Source: an uncultured virus (IMG/VR IMGVR_UViG_3300042987_002221) | Taxonomy: Duplodnaviria > Heunggongvirae > Uroviricota > Caudoviricetes | Length of the DNA stretch: 59,204 nt | Direction: 5' to 3' (one strand) | Virus record (IMG/VR): IMGVR_UViG_3300042987_002221 | Coordinates: 62,001 to 121,204 of that record | Shown: positions 9,523 through 17,680 of the stretch, in pieces | Position numbering within the stretch: the first letter of the stretch is position 1 | Layout of the letters: each line of letters begins with the position of its first letter | The notes under the pieces: generated by a model | The model's database searches: none | What the model was told of the DNA's origin: nothing | What the model saw: only the letters and a program-made list of their open reading frames with translations | Made by a program: the position numbers and the translations under genes

Positions 9523-9555
9523 GCCATATCTCAACAAACAGGAGTAAAAAACATA

Positions 9556-9738
9556 ATGAATAAAGAACTCGGTTTTGCTATCTTTTATTGTATCGCTACT
9601 ATAGCGACAGCAATTTGCATCCATGGATTTGGTAGGGCAGGCGCCTTCCATTCGGTTGTAGAAGATTGCCAAAAGTTAGGTGCATTCTATATAGGTGGTA
9701 CAGTCTATGAATGTAAGGAAAAGAAAATTGACAAATAA
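9556..9738 (+). CDS. Small membrane-anchored protein
   Basis: GGAG SD; N-terminal hydrophobic segment; C..G.F....VY.C. Confidence 0.6.
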   Translation: MNKELGFAIFYCIATIATAICIHGFGRAGAFHSVVEDCQKLGAFYIGGTVYECKEKKIDK

Positions 9739-9756
9739 TATGGTATTTGATATACT
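9728..9756 (+). promoter_or_regulatory. Early sigma70-type promoter
   Basis: TTGACA-17 nt-TATACT. Confidence 0.85.
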
Positions 9757-9786
9757 GTATTCATGTTGAACGCAACGGAGAGCAAG

Positions 9787-9954
9787 ATGTTTGATATCTA
9801 TGTCTATAACGCGGACAATGGTGAACTGGTCGGTGTTGATCCTGCTTATGCCGCAGACTCCTATAAGGCCGCTGCACAACGTTGGATCGACCGTGGTTGC
9901 ACTGTAAAGGTCGTTGACACTTATGATGGTGTCGTGGTCTACACGCTGGGGTGA
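9787..9954 (+). CDS. Small hypothetical early protein
   Basis: ACGGAG SD before ATG 9787. Confidence 0.65.
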   Translation: MFDIYVYNADNGELVGVDPAYAADSYKAAAQRWIDRGCTVKVVDTYDGVVVYTLG

Positions 9955-10077
9955 CAATTTTTTTGTCTTGAGAATACTCTACCAATTGAATTGGTATGTG
10001 ATGATTTATTTTGTCGTCAAATTCAAGTTGTTCTGGTTTAAGATAAATATCTGACTATCCTCAGAAGGAAATAGTCT

Positions 10078-10434
10078 ATGCGAATTAACGAAATCAACAA
10101 TACCCCGAAGATTTCTCCTAAAAAAGAACGGGCGCTCAAGAAAAGTATTACTGCAATTACTAAAGAGTTTCCCAGGACTTTCAAATCCAAACAATATAGA
10201 ATTACCACAAACTGGATCAACGAATTCAAAGCACATTTGGAAATTCATATTGACAGTCCTGCATTACAAAGAGACAAAAAGTCCTATAATTTTTTGGTTA
10301 GCGATGTAGAAAGTATTTTGAGACAAAACGAAAATATCTCCAAATACACTTATTTGGGTGGCGCTGATCCCATGGGTCCTGAGCCCTTGTTTCACTATGC
10401 TGTTTGGGAGTTGGTATTCCCGTACAATCTGTAA
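10078..10434 (+). CDS. Late-promoter gene with MRINE N-terminus (possible capsid-targeted protein)
   Basis: GATAAATA at 10042; AT-rich codon usage unlike neighbours. Confidence 0.65.
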   Translation: MRINEINNTPKISPKKERALKKSITAITKEFPRTFKSKQYRITTNWINEFKAHLEIHIDSPALQRDKKSYNFLVSDVESILRQNENISKYTYLGGADPMGPEPLFHYAVWELVFPYNL

Positions 10435-10443
10435 TATTTCTTC

Positions 10444-10500
10444 TTGACAATAAATCCCAAAACTCATATAATGTCTTTCTAGACAGTTGAGACACGGAGC
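10444..10500 (+). promoter_or_regulatory. Repeated early promoter/RBS cassette
   Basis: TTGACAATAAATCCCAAAACTCATATAATGTCTTTCTAGACAGTTGAGA, identical to the 10705 copy over ~49 nt. Confidence 0.9.
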
Positions 10501-10507
10501 AAACGAA

Positions 10508-10708
10508 ATGATCAACGAAGCAAAAGTCCTGAAAGTTGTCAAGTCTGTGACCGATACCAACGCTTACTTTTACAACGGTACCTTGTTTTTGGAAACTGTT
10601 GACAGCGACATTGCTGTTCGTGTTTTCAATGCAATTTGGGAAAACATCACGGCCGCGGTTGCGTTTGGTAAGGTCGGTAACGAGACCTCTTACGATTTTC
10701 TCGGTTGA
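10508..10708 (+). CDS. Small hypothetical early protein
   Basis: Flanked by two identical promoter repeats; stop inside next TTGACA. Confidence 0.75.
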   Translation: MINEAKVLKVVKSVTDTNAYFYNGTLFLETVDSDIAVRVFNAIWENITAAVAFGKVGNETSYDFLG

Positions 10709-10763
10709 CAATAAATCCCAAAACTCATATAATGTCTTTCTAGACAGTTGAGAAACACGGAGC
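10705..10763 (+). promoter_or_regulatory. Repeated early promoter/RBS cassette
   Basis: Direct repeat of 10444 element. Confidence 0.9.
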
Positions 10764-10769
10764 AAATTC

Positions 10770-11258
10770 ATGAAGATCGTCATCAGCACTCAAATCCGCG
10801 AAAACTACGGCGCCCACGATTGGGATGGCGAGGGTGCTTGCCCGCAGTACTGGAAGTGCAAGGGTGGCGACACCTACGTTATCCCGAACCTGACGGTTGC
10901 TCAGGTCCTCAAGGTCAAGGATCAGGGCATCCCGACCCTGAAGGCTCTGATCGAATCCCGCAATGAGGGTTTCGAGGAGTACGTTGTTGATTGGTCTATC
11001 CTCGATGATGACGCCAAGGTCTGTGATGAGTGGGAAACCCCGTTCGAACTGTTCTGGGAACAGGGTCGCTGGATCGCTCGGCGCACCGTCGAGAACGGTG
11101 AGTACGGCTGCATGCGCCGTGAGGTTGCTAGCAAGTCCGAGCAGTATGACATGCTGATGGCTGGCGGTCGTGAGAACTACCGTGTGGTCTATACGATGCG
11201 TAACGGTGATTCGGTCACCGGTGAGCAGGTCTCGGAATATCTTTCGAAGGCTGCTTGA
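10770..11258 (+). CDS. Conserved hypothetical phage protein
   Basis: TQ.RENYGAHDWDG.G.CPQYWK.KGG motif; follows promoter cassette. Confidence 0.8.
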   Translation: MKIVISTQIRENYGAHDWDGEGACPQYWKCKGGDTYVIPNLTVAQVLKVKDQGIPTLKALIESRNEGFEEYVVDWSILDDDAKVCDEWETPFELFWEQGRWIARRTVENGEYGCMRREVASKSEQYDMLMAGGRENYRVVYTMRNGDSVTGEQVSEYLSKAA

Positions 11259-11271
11259 TTCAGGAGTAAAA

Positions 11272-11547
11272 ATGAATATTCGCGAGTGGTTTAACCGACA
11301 TTTTGACCGTAAGGAGCACACGGTGGGTTATATTGTTCGGGACGAAAACGGCATCATGCTGATGGAGATCAGCAATGACGCGGCGCAGTATATTATCCGA
11401 GGTTCAAAAGGTCGTTTTCGTCCATACAAGGTAGACAACGCCGCTGAGACAGTGGTCTTTGAGATTCTTGAAGACGCAGCGTGGTCCATTCCGGTGGGTA
11501 AAATTTTTCTATGGCGTGGGACCCTGTTGATCCCAAAGGTTGATTGA
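11272..11547 (+). CDS. Hypothetical protein
   Basis: SD AGGAG; stop inside TTGACA at 11544. Confidence 0.7.
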   Translation: MNIREWFNRHFDRKEHTVGYIVRDENGIMLMEISNDAAQYIIRGSKGRFRPYKVDNAAETVVFEILEDAAWSIPVGKIFLWRGTLLIPKVD

Positions 11548-11572
11548 CAGGGTCTTTGATCGGTGCTATAGT
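11544..11572 (+). promoter_or_regulatory. Early sigma70-type promoter
   Basis: TTGACA-17 nt-TATAGT. Confidence 0.8.
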
Positions 11573-11600
11573 ACACACACTGAAACACAAGGAGTACCTG

Positions 11601-11921
11601 ATGACCTATCGGATGTTCATTGATGACGAGCGATTCCCACCCAACGATGGTAAGGAATGGGTCATTGTTCGTAGTTCTGCTGAAGCCATGAAGATGGTGC
11701 TTGATCGTGGTGTGCCCAACTTTATCTCATATGATCATGATCTGGGAGGCGAAGACACCAGCATGGTCTTCATCTACTGTATGATTAATCTCTATCTGGA
11801 TGGTGATATCAAGGTGTTCCCTACTGAGTTCGTGGTTCATAGCCAGAACCCTGTCGGTTCCCGCAACATCAACAAACTGCTGCTCAGTTTTATTGAAGCT
11901 GTTGATCCTGTGTCGGCTTGA
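11601..11921 (+). CDS. Cyclic-phosphate-processing receiver-like domain protein
   Basis: FIDDER, W.IVRS..EA, ISYDHDLG, HSQNPVG motifs. Confidence 0.75.
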   Translation: MTYRMFIDDERFPPNDGKEWVIVRSSAEAMKMVLDRGVPNFISYDHDLGGEDTSMVFIYCMINLYLDGDIKVFPTEFVVHSQNPVGSRNINKLLLSFIEAVDPVSA

Positions 11922-11973
11922 CAATAAATCCCAAATCGCATATAATGTCTTTCTAGACAGTTAGATAACGGAG
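11918..11973 (+). promoter_or_regulatory. Repeated early promoter/RBS cassette
   Basis: TTGACAATAAATCCCAAA...TATAATGTCTTTCTAGACAGTT...ACGGAGC. Confidence 0.9.
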
Positions 11974-11979
11974 CAAGAA

Positions 11980-12213
11980 ATGCAAGTTGGTGACATCGTT
12001 AAGAGCCTGGATTTCAACGGTATTGACAACTGCTACATGGTTGGCAAGGTCGTCGGTATTCATCATGACGGCACGTTCCGTGCGAAGTTCATCAAGCGTG
12101 TTTGGGAAGGCGTTGAAGATCGCAAGTTCAAGACTGATTTCTTCACGGCTCCGCAGCAAGGTCAACATATGTTTGATCGCGCTCAATCTCCTCGTGTCAT
12201 TGTTGTTGGTTAA
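11980..12213 (+). CDS. Small hypothetical protein (SH3-like start)
   Basis: MQVGDIVKSLDF; follows promoter cassette. Confidence 0.75.
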   Translation: MQVGDIVKSLDFNGIDNCYMVGKVVGIHHDGTFRAKFIKRVWEGVEDRKFKTDFFTAPQQGQHMFDRAQSPRVIVVG

Positions 12214-12236
12214 TCTTTAACTCAAAGGAAATAGAA

Positions 12237-12521
12237 ATGCATTCTCATCAACATGGTGTTTGCCCCGTGTGCAACGGCACTGGCCGTGTCCCGGCTGGTA
12301 ACTATCGTCGTACTGCTGGCTACGACAAGGAAACTGATACTATCGCTTGCCGTAATTGCGGTGGTCAGACCATGAGCATGAAGGCAACGGGCAAAGTTCG
12401 TCTGCGTCCTGATGGTACGCCGTGCGAACACAAGTATGTGGCTCATGTTGCAGGTCGCTGCTACGTGGTCTACACCTGTGAACACTGTGGCGATAGCTAC
12501 GGTATCGATTCTAGTGATTAA
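12237..12521 (+). CDS. Small zinc-finger protein
   Basis: CPVCNGTG, CRNCGG, CEH, CEHCG motifs; SD AAGGA. Confidence 0.75.
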   Translation: MHSHQHGVCPVCNGTGRVPAGNYRRTAGYDKETDTIACRNCGGQTMSMKATGKVRLRPDGTPCEHKYVAHVAGRCYVVYTCEHCGDSYGIDSSD

Positions 12522-12567
12522 TCAGAAATTTGTCAGTGTGTTTTTTCAATCTAAAGGAGTAAGTAAA

Positions 12568-12831
12568 ATGTCTAAGGTTTATTTCATGCACGTTCGTAAC
12601 GTTGACACCTCTGATCGTATCAGCAACTTTGGCGGTGCCACTATCGCATATCGTGAAGTGCCCGGCGGAGTAGAATTCGCTGAATCATGGTGCAGTGATC
12701 GTGATAATTTCAATAAGGCCTACGGTCGTGCTAAGGCGCAGGGTCGGCTGAATAGTTCTAACTATCGTCGTACTTTCGCTGGGTCATTCGTTGAATTCCG
12801 TCAGGCGATTTCTGAAAATCGAGTGTTGTAA
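12568..12831 (+). CDS. Conserved small phage protein
   Basis: SD AAGGAG; GGATIAY...CS..DNFNK..GR..A.GR pattern. Confidence 0.7.
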   Translation: MSKVYFMHVRNVDTSDRISNFGGATIAYREVPGGVEFAESWCSDRDNFNKAYGRAKAQGRLNSSNYRRTFAGSFVEFRQAISENRVL

Positions 12832-12834
12832 CCC

Positions 12835-13011
12835 ATGTTGAAAGGTATTCTTTCATTCTTGATTCTGTTCGGACTATTTTTCTTTAGTATCACGGCATTT
12901 CGTCTTACTACTGAAAAAGAAAAATGGCAGTTGACAAAATTGATTGCCTTTAGTACACTATGTGCTTCGCTGACAATGGTAGCTCTAGTGTCTATTGTGC
13001 TAATCTTTTAA
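12835..13011 (+). CDS. 58-aa two-helix membrane protein (not in ORF track)
   Basis: MLKGILSFLILFGLFFFSITAF...LCASLTMVALVSIVLIF; upstream of SPFH gene. Confidence 0.65.
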   Translation: MLKGILSFLILFGLFFFSITAFRLTTEKEKWQLTKLIAFSTLCASLTMVALVSIVLIF

Positions 13012-13043
13012 AAAATTAACTTGTTCCTAAGAAAGGAAATTGT

Positions 13044-13139
13044 ATGAAGTTGTCTGTTATGGATATTGTTGGCCGTGTTGCCTACTTTGCTCTTGGCGTA
13101 GCTGCTGCTACTGCTTTTATCTTCGCTGTTGTTCTCTGA
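13044..13139 (+). CDS. 31-aa single-helix membrane peptide (not in ORF track)
   Basis: SD AAGGA; MKLSVMDIVGRVAYFALGVAAATAFIFAVVL. Confidence 0.6.
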   Translation: MKLSVMDIVGRVAYFALGVAAATAFIFAVVL

Positions 13140-13152
13140 AAGGAAATATAAA

Positions 13153-13950
13153 ATGAAGCGTATTTTTAGTGTTGGTATTCTTGCCGCTGCTGTTCTTGCT
13201 ACGGGTTGCACTCGTATCGAAACCGGTGAAGTAGGCGTTCGTGTGGGCTTTGACAAGCAAGTCAAGCCCGGTGAACTTCAACCTGGTAGTTTTAATCAAA
13301 CCCTTGTCGGTGATGTATTGACGTTCCCGGTAAAGGATGTCAATGTGGCAATTGAGAACATGACTCCTGTTGCTAAGGACAACAGTACCATGAAGGATTT
13401 TGATGTTGTGGTAGTTTATAACATCAATCCAAATCAGGTAAGTGAAATTTATTCTACTAAGAACAAGGCGTTTCACGCTATCACCAAGGATGATGTTTAT
13501 CTGATGTACAATTATGTAGTGCAAAATGCACGAAATGCAGTTTACAAGGCTGCACGAAAGTACGATGCGCTAGATATGGGTGACAATCGTAGTGAAATGG
13601 AGAACTTCATCAAGGAAGAAATTGTTCGTAATTTGACCGAAGAAAAGCTTGATGGTAGTATTGCTATCAGTCAGGTTCTGATTCGTAACGTTGTTCCTGC
13701 TGATTCGGTTGTAGCAAGTGCTAATGATCTGGTTCGTGCTAAGAATGAACTTAAGCAAAAGGAAGTTGAAGTCAAGACCGCCGAAGCTGAGGCTCGCCGT
13801 ATGGCAGCACTGGCTAATAACAGTCAGAGTTCTATTGCTTTCATGCAAGCCCAGGCCACTTTGAATATTAGTGAAGCAGTAAAAGCGGGAAAAGTTCAGA
13901 CCATTATCATCCCAAGTAATCTGACTATGCTAGGGAATATTTCTAAGTAA
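13153..13950 (+). CDS. SPFH/Band 7/prohibitin family lipoprotein
   Basis: Lipobox LATGC, I..GEVGVRV.F, coiled-coil AEAEA tail. Confidence 0.85.
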   Translation: MKRIFSVGILAAAVLATGCTRIETGEVGVRVGFDKQVKPGELQPGSFNQTLVGDVLTFPVKDVNVAIENMTPVAKDNSTMKDFDVVVVYNINPNQVSEIYSTKNKAFHAITKDDVYLMYNYVVQNARNAVYKAARKYDALDMGDNRSEMENFIKEEIVRNLTEEKLDGSIAISQVLIRNVVPADSVVASANDLVRAKNELKQKEVEVKTAEAEARRMAALANNSQSSIAFMQAQATLNISEAVKAGKVQTIIIPSNLTMLGNISK

Positions 13951-14655
13951 TTTTCTGCGTCTAGCTTCTTTGCTAGCCGCAGTAACATAAGTCCATTCGG
14001 ACATAGGTTTTCCTGTAGACTTACATTCATCTAGAATTTCTACAGGCAATCTATGTCCTTTTCCGTCTTTATCTATTAGAGTTATTATATTTTTACCAAG
14101 AAAATTATGATTTCCTTGCTCAACACGAATTTGATTATTTTTTCTAGCTGTTTCTTTATTTAAAAAATTGTGTGTTCCATTTTCAACTCGTTGTTGATTT
14201 ATTTTTTTAGAAAGTTCAGATAATTCATCTTTATTCATAGTTTGAAAATTTAATTTTTTCTGTTCTGCCATTTTTTTAGCTACATTCATGTTATCTCTTG
14301 TTAAGAATGGATGAGAGCCATTCTCTGTTTTTTTGAGATTATTTGCAGTTGCGGCAATTGATAGTTTTTTTATTGTTTTCTCTTCAAAAATTCTACCAGA
14401 CGTTCCCTCACCACCGTCTGTTTTATTTCGTAATATCCCTGTATTTAAATCTTTTCTGCCGTACCATTTAATATATCTACGTTCAAGGGCTATTGCACCT
14501 ATTTCAGTTAGGTTTTTTTCTAGAAAAACTATTTTGGTTAAATCTTTTGGTATTTTAACTGAGTGTTTAGCAAGATAACGTTTTTCTTTACCTTTGCCAA
14601 TATAATACGGAGTCCCATCTTTTCTTAAATAGGCGTAAACATAATAAATATTCAT
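13930..14655 (-). CDS. Free-standing GIY-YIG homing endonuclease
   Basis: [17 protein letters not shown]...ERR.I..YGRKD...G.LRN.TDGGEG; C-terminal NG.H(N/P)FL repeats. Confidence 0.85.
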   Translation of the reverse strand: MNIYYVYAYLRKDGTPYYIGKGKEKRYLAKHSVKIPKDLTKIVFLEKNLTEIGAIALERRYIKWYGRKDLNTGILRNKTDGGEGTSGRIFEEKTIKKLSIAATANNLKKTENGSHPFLTRDNMNVAKKMAEQKKLNFQTMNKDELSELSKKINQQRVENGTHNFLNKETARKNNQIRVEQGNHNFLGKNIITLIDKDGKGHRLPVEILDECKSTGKPMSEWTYVTAASKEARRRKLLRNIP

Positions 14656-14726
14656 GCTGATAGTTCCTTTTCAACTGTTAGAGCGGGTGGATGTTGGTAG
14701 CATCGCGACCTGCACTTTTATTTATC
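14656..14726 (-). promoter_or_regulatory. Late promoter plus conserved structured leader of homing endonuclease
   Basis: GATAAATA then hairpins; alignable to 26670-26738. Confidence 0.75.
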
Positions 14727-14743
14727 AAAAATATTATTTTTAG

Positions 14744-14797
14744 ATTCAGACAATCATTATTCCCAGCAACCTAACTATGCTAGGTAGTGTAAAGTAA
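14744..14797 (+). repeat. Second, synonymously divergent copy of the SPFH gene 3' end
   Basis: Encodes [17 protein letters not shown] versus [18 protein letters not shown] at 13894-13950. Confidence 0.9.
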
Positions 14798-14817
14798 TAA
14801 CTAACAAAACATTTACA

Positions 14818-14840
14818 GAAAGGTCCTTTAGGGACCTTTC
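14818..14840 (+). terminator. Hairpin, probable original terminator of SPFH operon
   Basis: GAAAGGTCC-tttag-GGACCTTTC. Confidence 0.6.
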
Positions 14841-14861
14841 GCCATTTAGATAAATATCTAA

Positions 14862-16292
14862 ATGCACCTTATAGATATATTTGAAGCCAGAAAAAACCCT
14901 GATCTTAATCCTAAAGTATCAGTAAATCAGTACATTGATCAGGCAATGGCCTCAGCAGGTAAATTGCCAGGTTCAGATATTACTAATCTATTCATTAGTT
15001 TTACTCAATTACCTAAGTTAGGTATTAATCCTAGATCACATTACAATACACCATTAGGAATCTATTCATATCCAGCAGATTATGTGATAGAATCTACTCA
15101 TGGAAGATATTCTATGGCTACTTTACCTTTTGCTGGTAAACAACCCTATGCTAATATTTTTCAAGGTCGTGGTAATATTGTTCATTTGAATACAATGAGT
15201 TTGCAAGATGAATATCGCTACAATGATAAACTTCGTGCTTATGCAAAACGATTGCCAGCTGTAGATTTTACTAAGCATTATGCTCCTCCCGGCAAAGATT
15301 GGCCTGACATAGTAGACAACACAATCAATGCCGCAGTTGACTATGCAAGAGAGCGTATGTTACCCGGTGGCAGATTATGGTACACAACTTGGAAATTAAG
15401 TGGCTATATAGAGACATATCTAAAAAAACCTGCATCACTAGCATGGAATGAATTATTCAGACAGGCATTAGGTATTGACGGTTGTGTTGATACGGGTAAA
15501 GGAATTATACATCCTAGTGAACCCACACAGGCTGTATTTTTTAGTTTGGGTGCGACTAAACTCATTTCTACTGTTCAAAACAAATATAGTCCTGAGCAAA
15601 TGTCAGCCGGCGAAGACCGTGGTGTAAAGATGAAGGAGCAATTAGAAAGATTGCGAGATGCACTAGAAGAGAAAGATTATGGAACAATAGTGTGGCAAAT
15701 ACTTCAACGTAGTGTCATTGATGGTGAAAATTTTGATAGTAAGTATTTACTGAAGTATATACCCAAAGATGTTAGATATTTGCTGTATAAAGATTATAAA
15801 TCAGGGCTAGCACTTGATTTGGGTGAAAAATTAAAAGCAGATGAATTTTTATATGCTGTATCTGAAGACCCCAAAATTTTATACTACGGGGCACTTCAAC
15901 AACATGAAAAACTTATATTTGATAATCTAGATGCAATAATGAAGATATTACAGGACTTCAAGAGTAATGTCGGTAAAGGTAAGTTAGAAACAGCATTAAA
16001 AAGAATCTATATAAGTGATATTAGAGATATAGCTAAAATGCTATTCAGAAAATTTCCAAAAGACGATCCTGAATTTTTAAAGGGATTGATTGATTTATAT
16101 CCAGGTGTATACGAATCTTTCTATAATAATTGGGGTCTTGAAGGTGGAAGAAAATACATTTATCAATATGCTTTGAAGAAAATGAAGGAAGATCCAACGA
16201 ATTTTGATCAAGATGACATTGATAACTTACTAGGTATTATTGAATCTTTAAATTATCAAGAATATTTGGATAAGGAACGCAAGGCCAAATAA
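14862..16292 (+). CDS. Late protein, paralog 1 (possible ADP-ribosyltransferase-like domain)
   Basis: GATAAATA at 14849; N-terminal ~250 aa clearly homologous to the next ORF. Confidence 0.7.
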   Translation: MHLIDIFEARKNPDLNPKVSVNQYIDQAMASAGKLPGSDITNLFISFTQLPKLGINPRSHYNTPLGIYSYPADYVIESTHGRYSMATLPFAGKQPYANIFQGRGNIVHLNTMSLQDEYRYNDKLRAYAKRLPAVDFTKHYAPPGKDWPDIVDNTINAAVDYARERMLPGGRLWYTTWKLSGYIETYLKKPASLAWNELFRQALGIDGCVDTGKGIIHPSEPTQAVFFSLGATKLISTVQNKYSPEQMSAGEDRGVKMKEQLERLRDALEEKDYGTIVWQILQRSVIDGENFDSKYLLKYIPKDVRYLLYKDYKSGLALDLGEKLKADEFLYAVSEDPKILYYGALQQHEKLIFDNLDAIMKILQDFKSNVGKGKLETALKRIYISDIRDIAKMLFRKFPKDDPEFLKGLIDLYPGVYESFYNNWGLEGGRKYIYQYALKKMKEDPTNFDQDDIDNLLGIIESLNYQEYLDKERKAK

Positions 16293-16293
16293 T

Positions 16294-17628
16294 ATGAAAA
16301 CAATAGAAATAATTGAAGCCCGTAAGTATCCTGAACTTAATCCTAAAGTTTCAATAAATCAATACATACGTCAAGCATATGATGCCGCCGCACAATTGCC
16401 TAATACTAATTTGAAAAATCTTTTCGTAAGTTTTGTAGCAGTGCCCAAATTAGGAATAAATCCACGATCAAAGTTTAATACACCATTAGGAATTTATGCC
16501 TATCCAGCAGGTTATGTTATGGTAAGGGCCGGCGATGATAAAGTAATGCGATATTCGTTACCTTATGCCGGCGAACAACCATATGCTGCTGTTTTCAGTG
16601 CTGGTGGTAATATTATTGATATTAGACGAATGACTACTAATGATGAAGAACTTTATTATGATAAACTAAGAGAGGTAGCAAAACGATTACCAAAAATAAA
16701 TTCTGATATATACATACCGAACGGAATAGCAAAAGATTGGCTTAGTATACTTGAGCTATGTATAAAATTAGCACCAGAAAGAGCCAAATTTAAAAATCTT
16801 CCAGGTGGAAGATTATGGTATGTAACCTATAGATTTAGTAATTATTATGGTCCAAATTATGGACAAAATCCTATAGTTTCCTGGAACAAATTGTTTAGAT
16901 CAATAGGTATAGATGGTGTAGTAGATGAAGGTGCTGGCATAATACATGAAGCAGAACCAGTACAGGCTGTATTTTTTAGTTTGGCACCATTACGTGTATT
17001 AGGTATTGTAGATAACAAATACAGTCCAGAAACAATTAAAACGCAACAACAAAGAGGGGTAGATACTCAACAAATATTAGCCTCACTTAAACGTGATATA
17101 GCAATTGCGTTAAAAAATGATGATGTTGAAATATTAAAACCATATTTGATGCGTGACACATTAAACCTTAATGGTTGGGATTGGGAAATACTTTTTAGGT
17201 ATATTCCACAAAAATTGCGTTACAAGTTATATGCTGATCCTAGTAAACGTTATAATAAAATGTTTTGGGCTAGTGGGAAAAATTTAGACCCAGATGAGTT
17301 TGAGGCTGCAATGAAAAATAATTTATCAACACTAATACATATAAAGACTAGGGAACCCAAGAATATAGAGTTTATTAGACAAAATAAAGATAAGGTTCTT
17401 GATGCACTAAAATCAGCAACTACAGCAGAGTTAAAGGATGTGCCAGGATATTTTTCTGATTCTATGCTTAGTATATTACCTTGGGATAATCCAGAATATC
17501 TGAAATATTTGGTTTATCTTGATAAGAATTTACCTAAGGAAGATGACTTCATAAATCTTGTTAAGAATTCACCAAACAAAAAGAAAATTTTTGCGGCATA
17601 TAAAAGCTTATCTGATTGGCTGAATTAA
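16294..17628 (+). CDS. Late protein, paralog 2 (possible ADP-ribosyltransferase-like domain)
   Basis: Shares EARK.P.LNPKVS, PKLGINPRS, NTPLGIY.YPA, GIDG.VD, QAVFFSL with upstream ORF. Confidence 0.7.
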   Translation: MKTIEIIEARKYPELNPKVSINQYIRQAYDAAAQLPNTNLKNLFVSFVAVPKLGINPRSKFNTPLGIYAYPAGYVMVRAGDDKVMRYSLPYAGEQPYAAVFSAGGNIIDIRRMTTNDEELYYDKLREVAKRLPKINSDIYIPNGIAKDWLSILELCIKLAPERAKFKNLPGGRLWYVTYRFSNYYGPNYGQNPIVSWNKLFRSIGIDGVVDEGAGIIHEAEPVQAVFFSLAPLRVLGIVDNKYSPETIKTQQQRGVDTQQILASLKRDIAIALKNDDVEILKPYLMRDTLNLNGWDWEILFRYIPQKLRYKLYADPSKRYNKMFWASGKNLDPDEFEAAMKNNLSTLIHIKTREPKNIEFIRQNKDKVLDALKSATTAELKDVPGYFSDSMLSILPWDNPEYLKYLVYLDKNLPKEDDFINLVKNSPNKKKIFAAYKSLSDWLN

Positions 17629-17680
17629 ATTCGGTAAACAAAATCTTTATTTCTCCTTCATAGTTTTGTATAATTACTGA

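Noticed and set aside
6296..11321. Long minus-strand ORFs (6296-7222, 7574-8425, 8441-9304, 10740-11321)
   Set aside because: Antisense shadows of plus-strand genes that have promoters, SDs and recognisable motifs; explained by codon bias
12932..12960. TTGACA-17-TACACT as another cassette promoter
   Set aside because: Lies inside a plausible membrane-protein ORF and lacks the shared cassette sequence; could be real but not supported enough
13894..14797. Diversity-generating retroelement template/variable repeat pair
   Set aside because: Differences are mostly synonymous and not confined to adenines; no reverse transcriptase in the window
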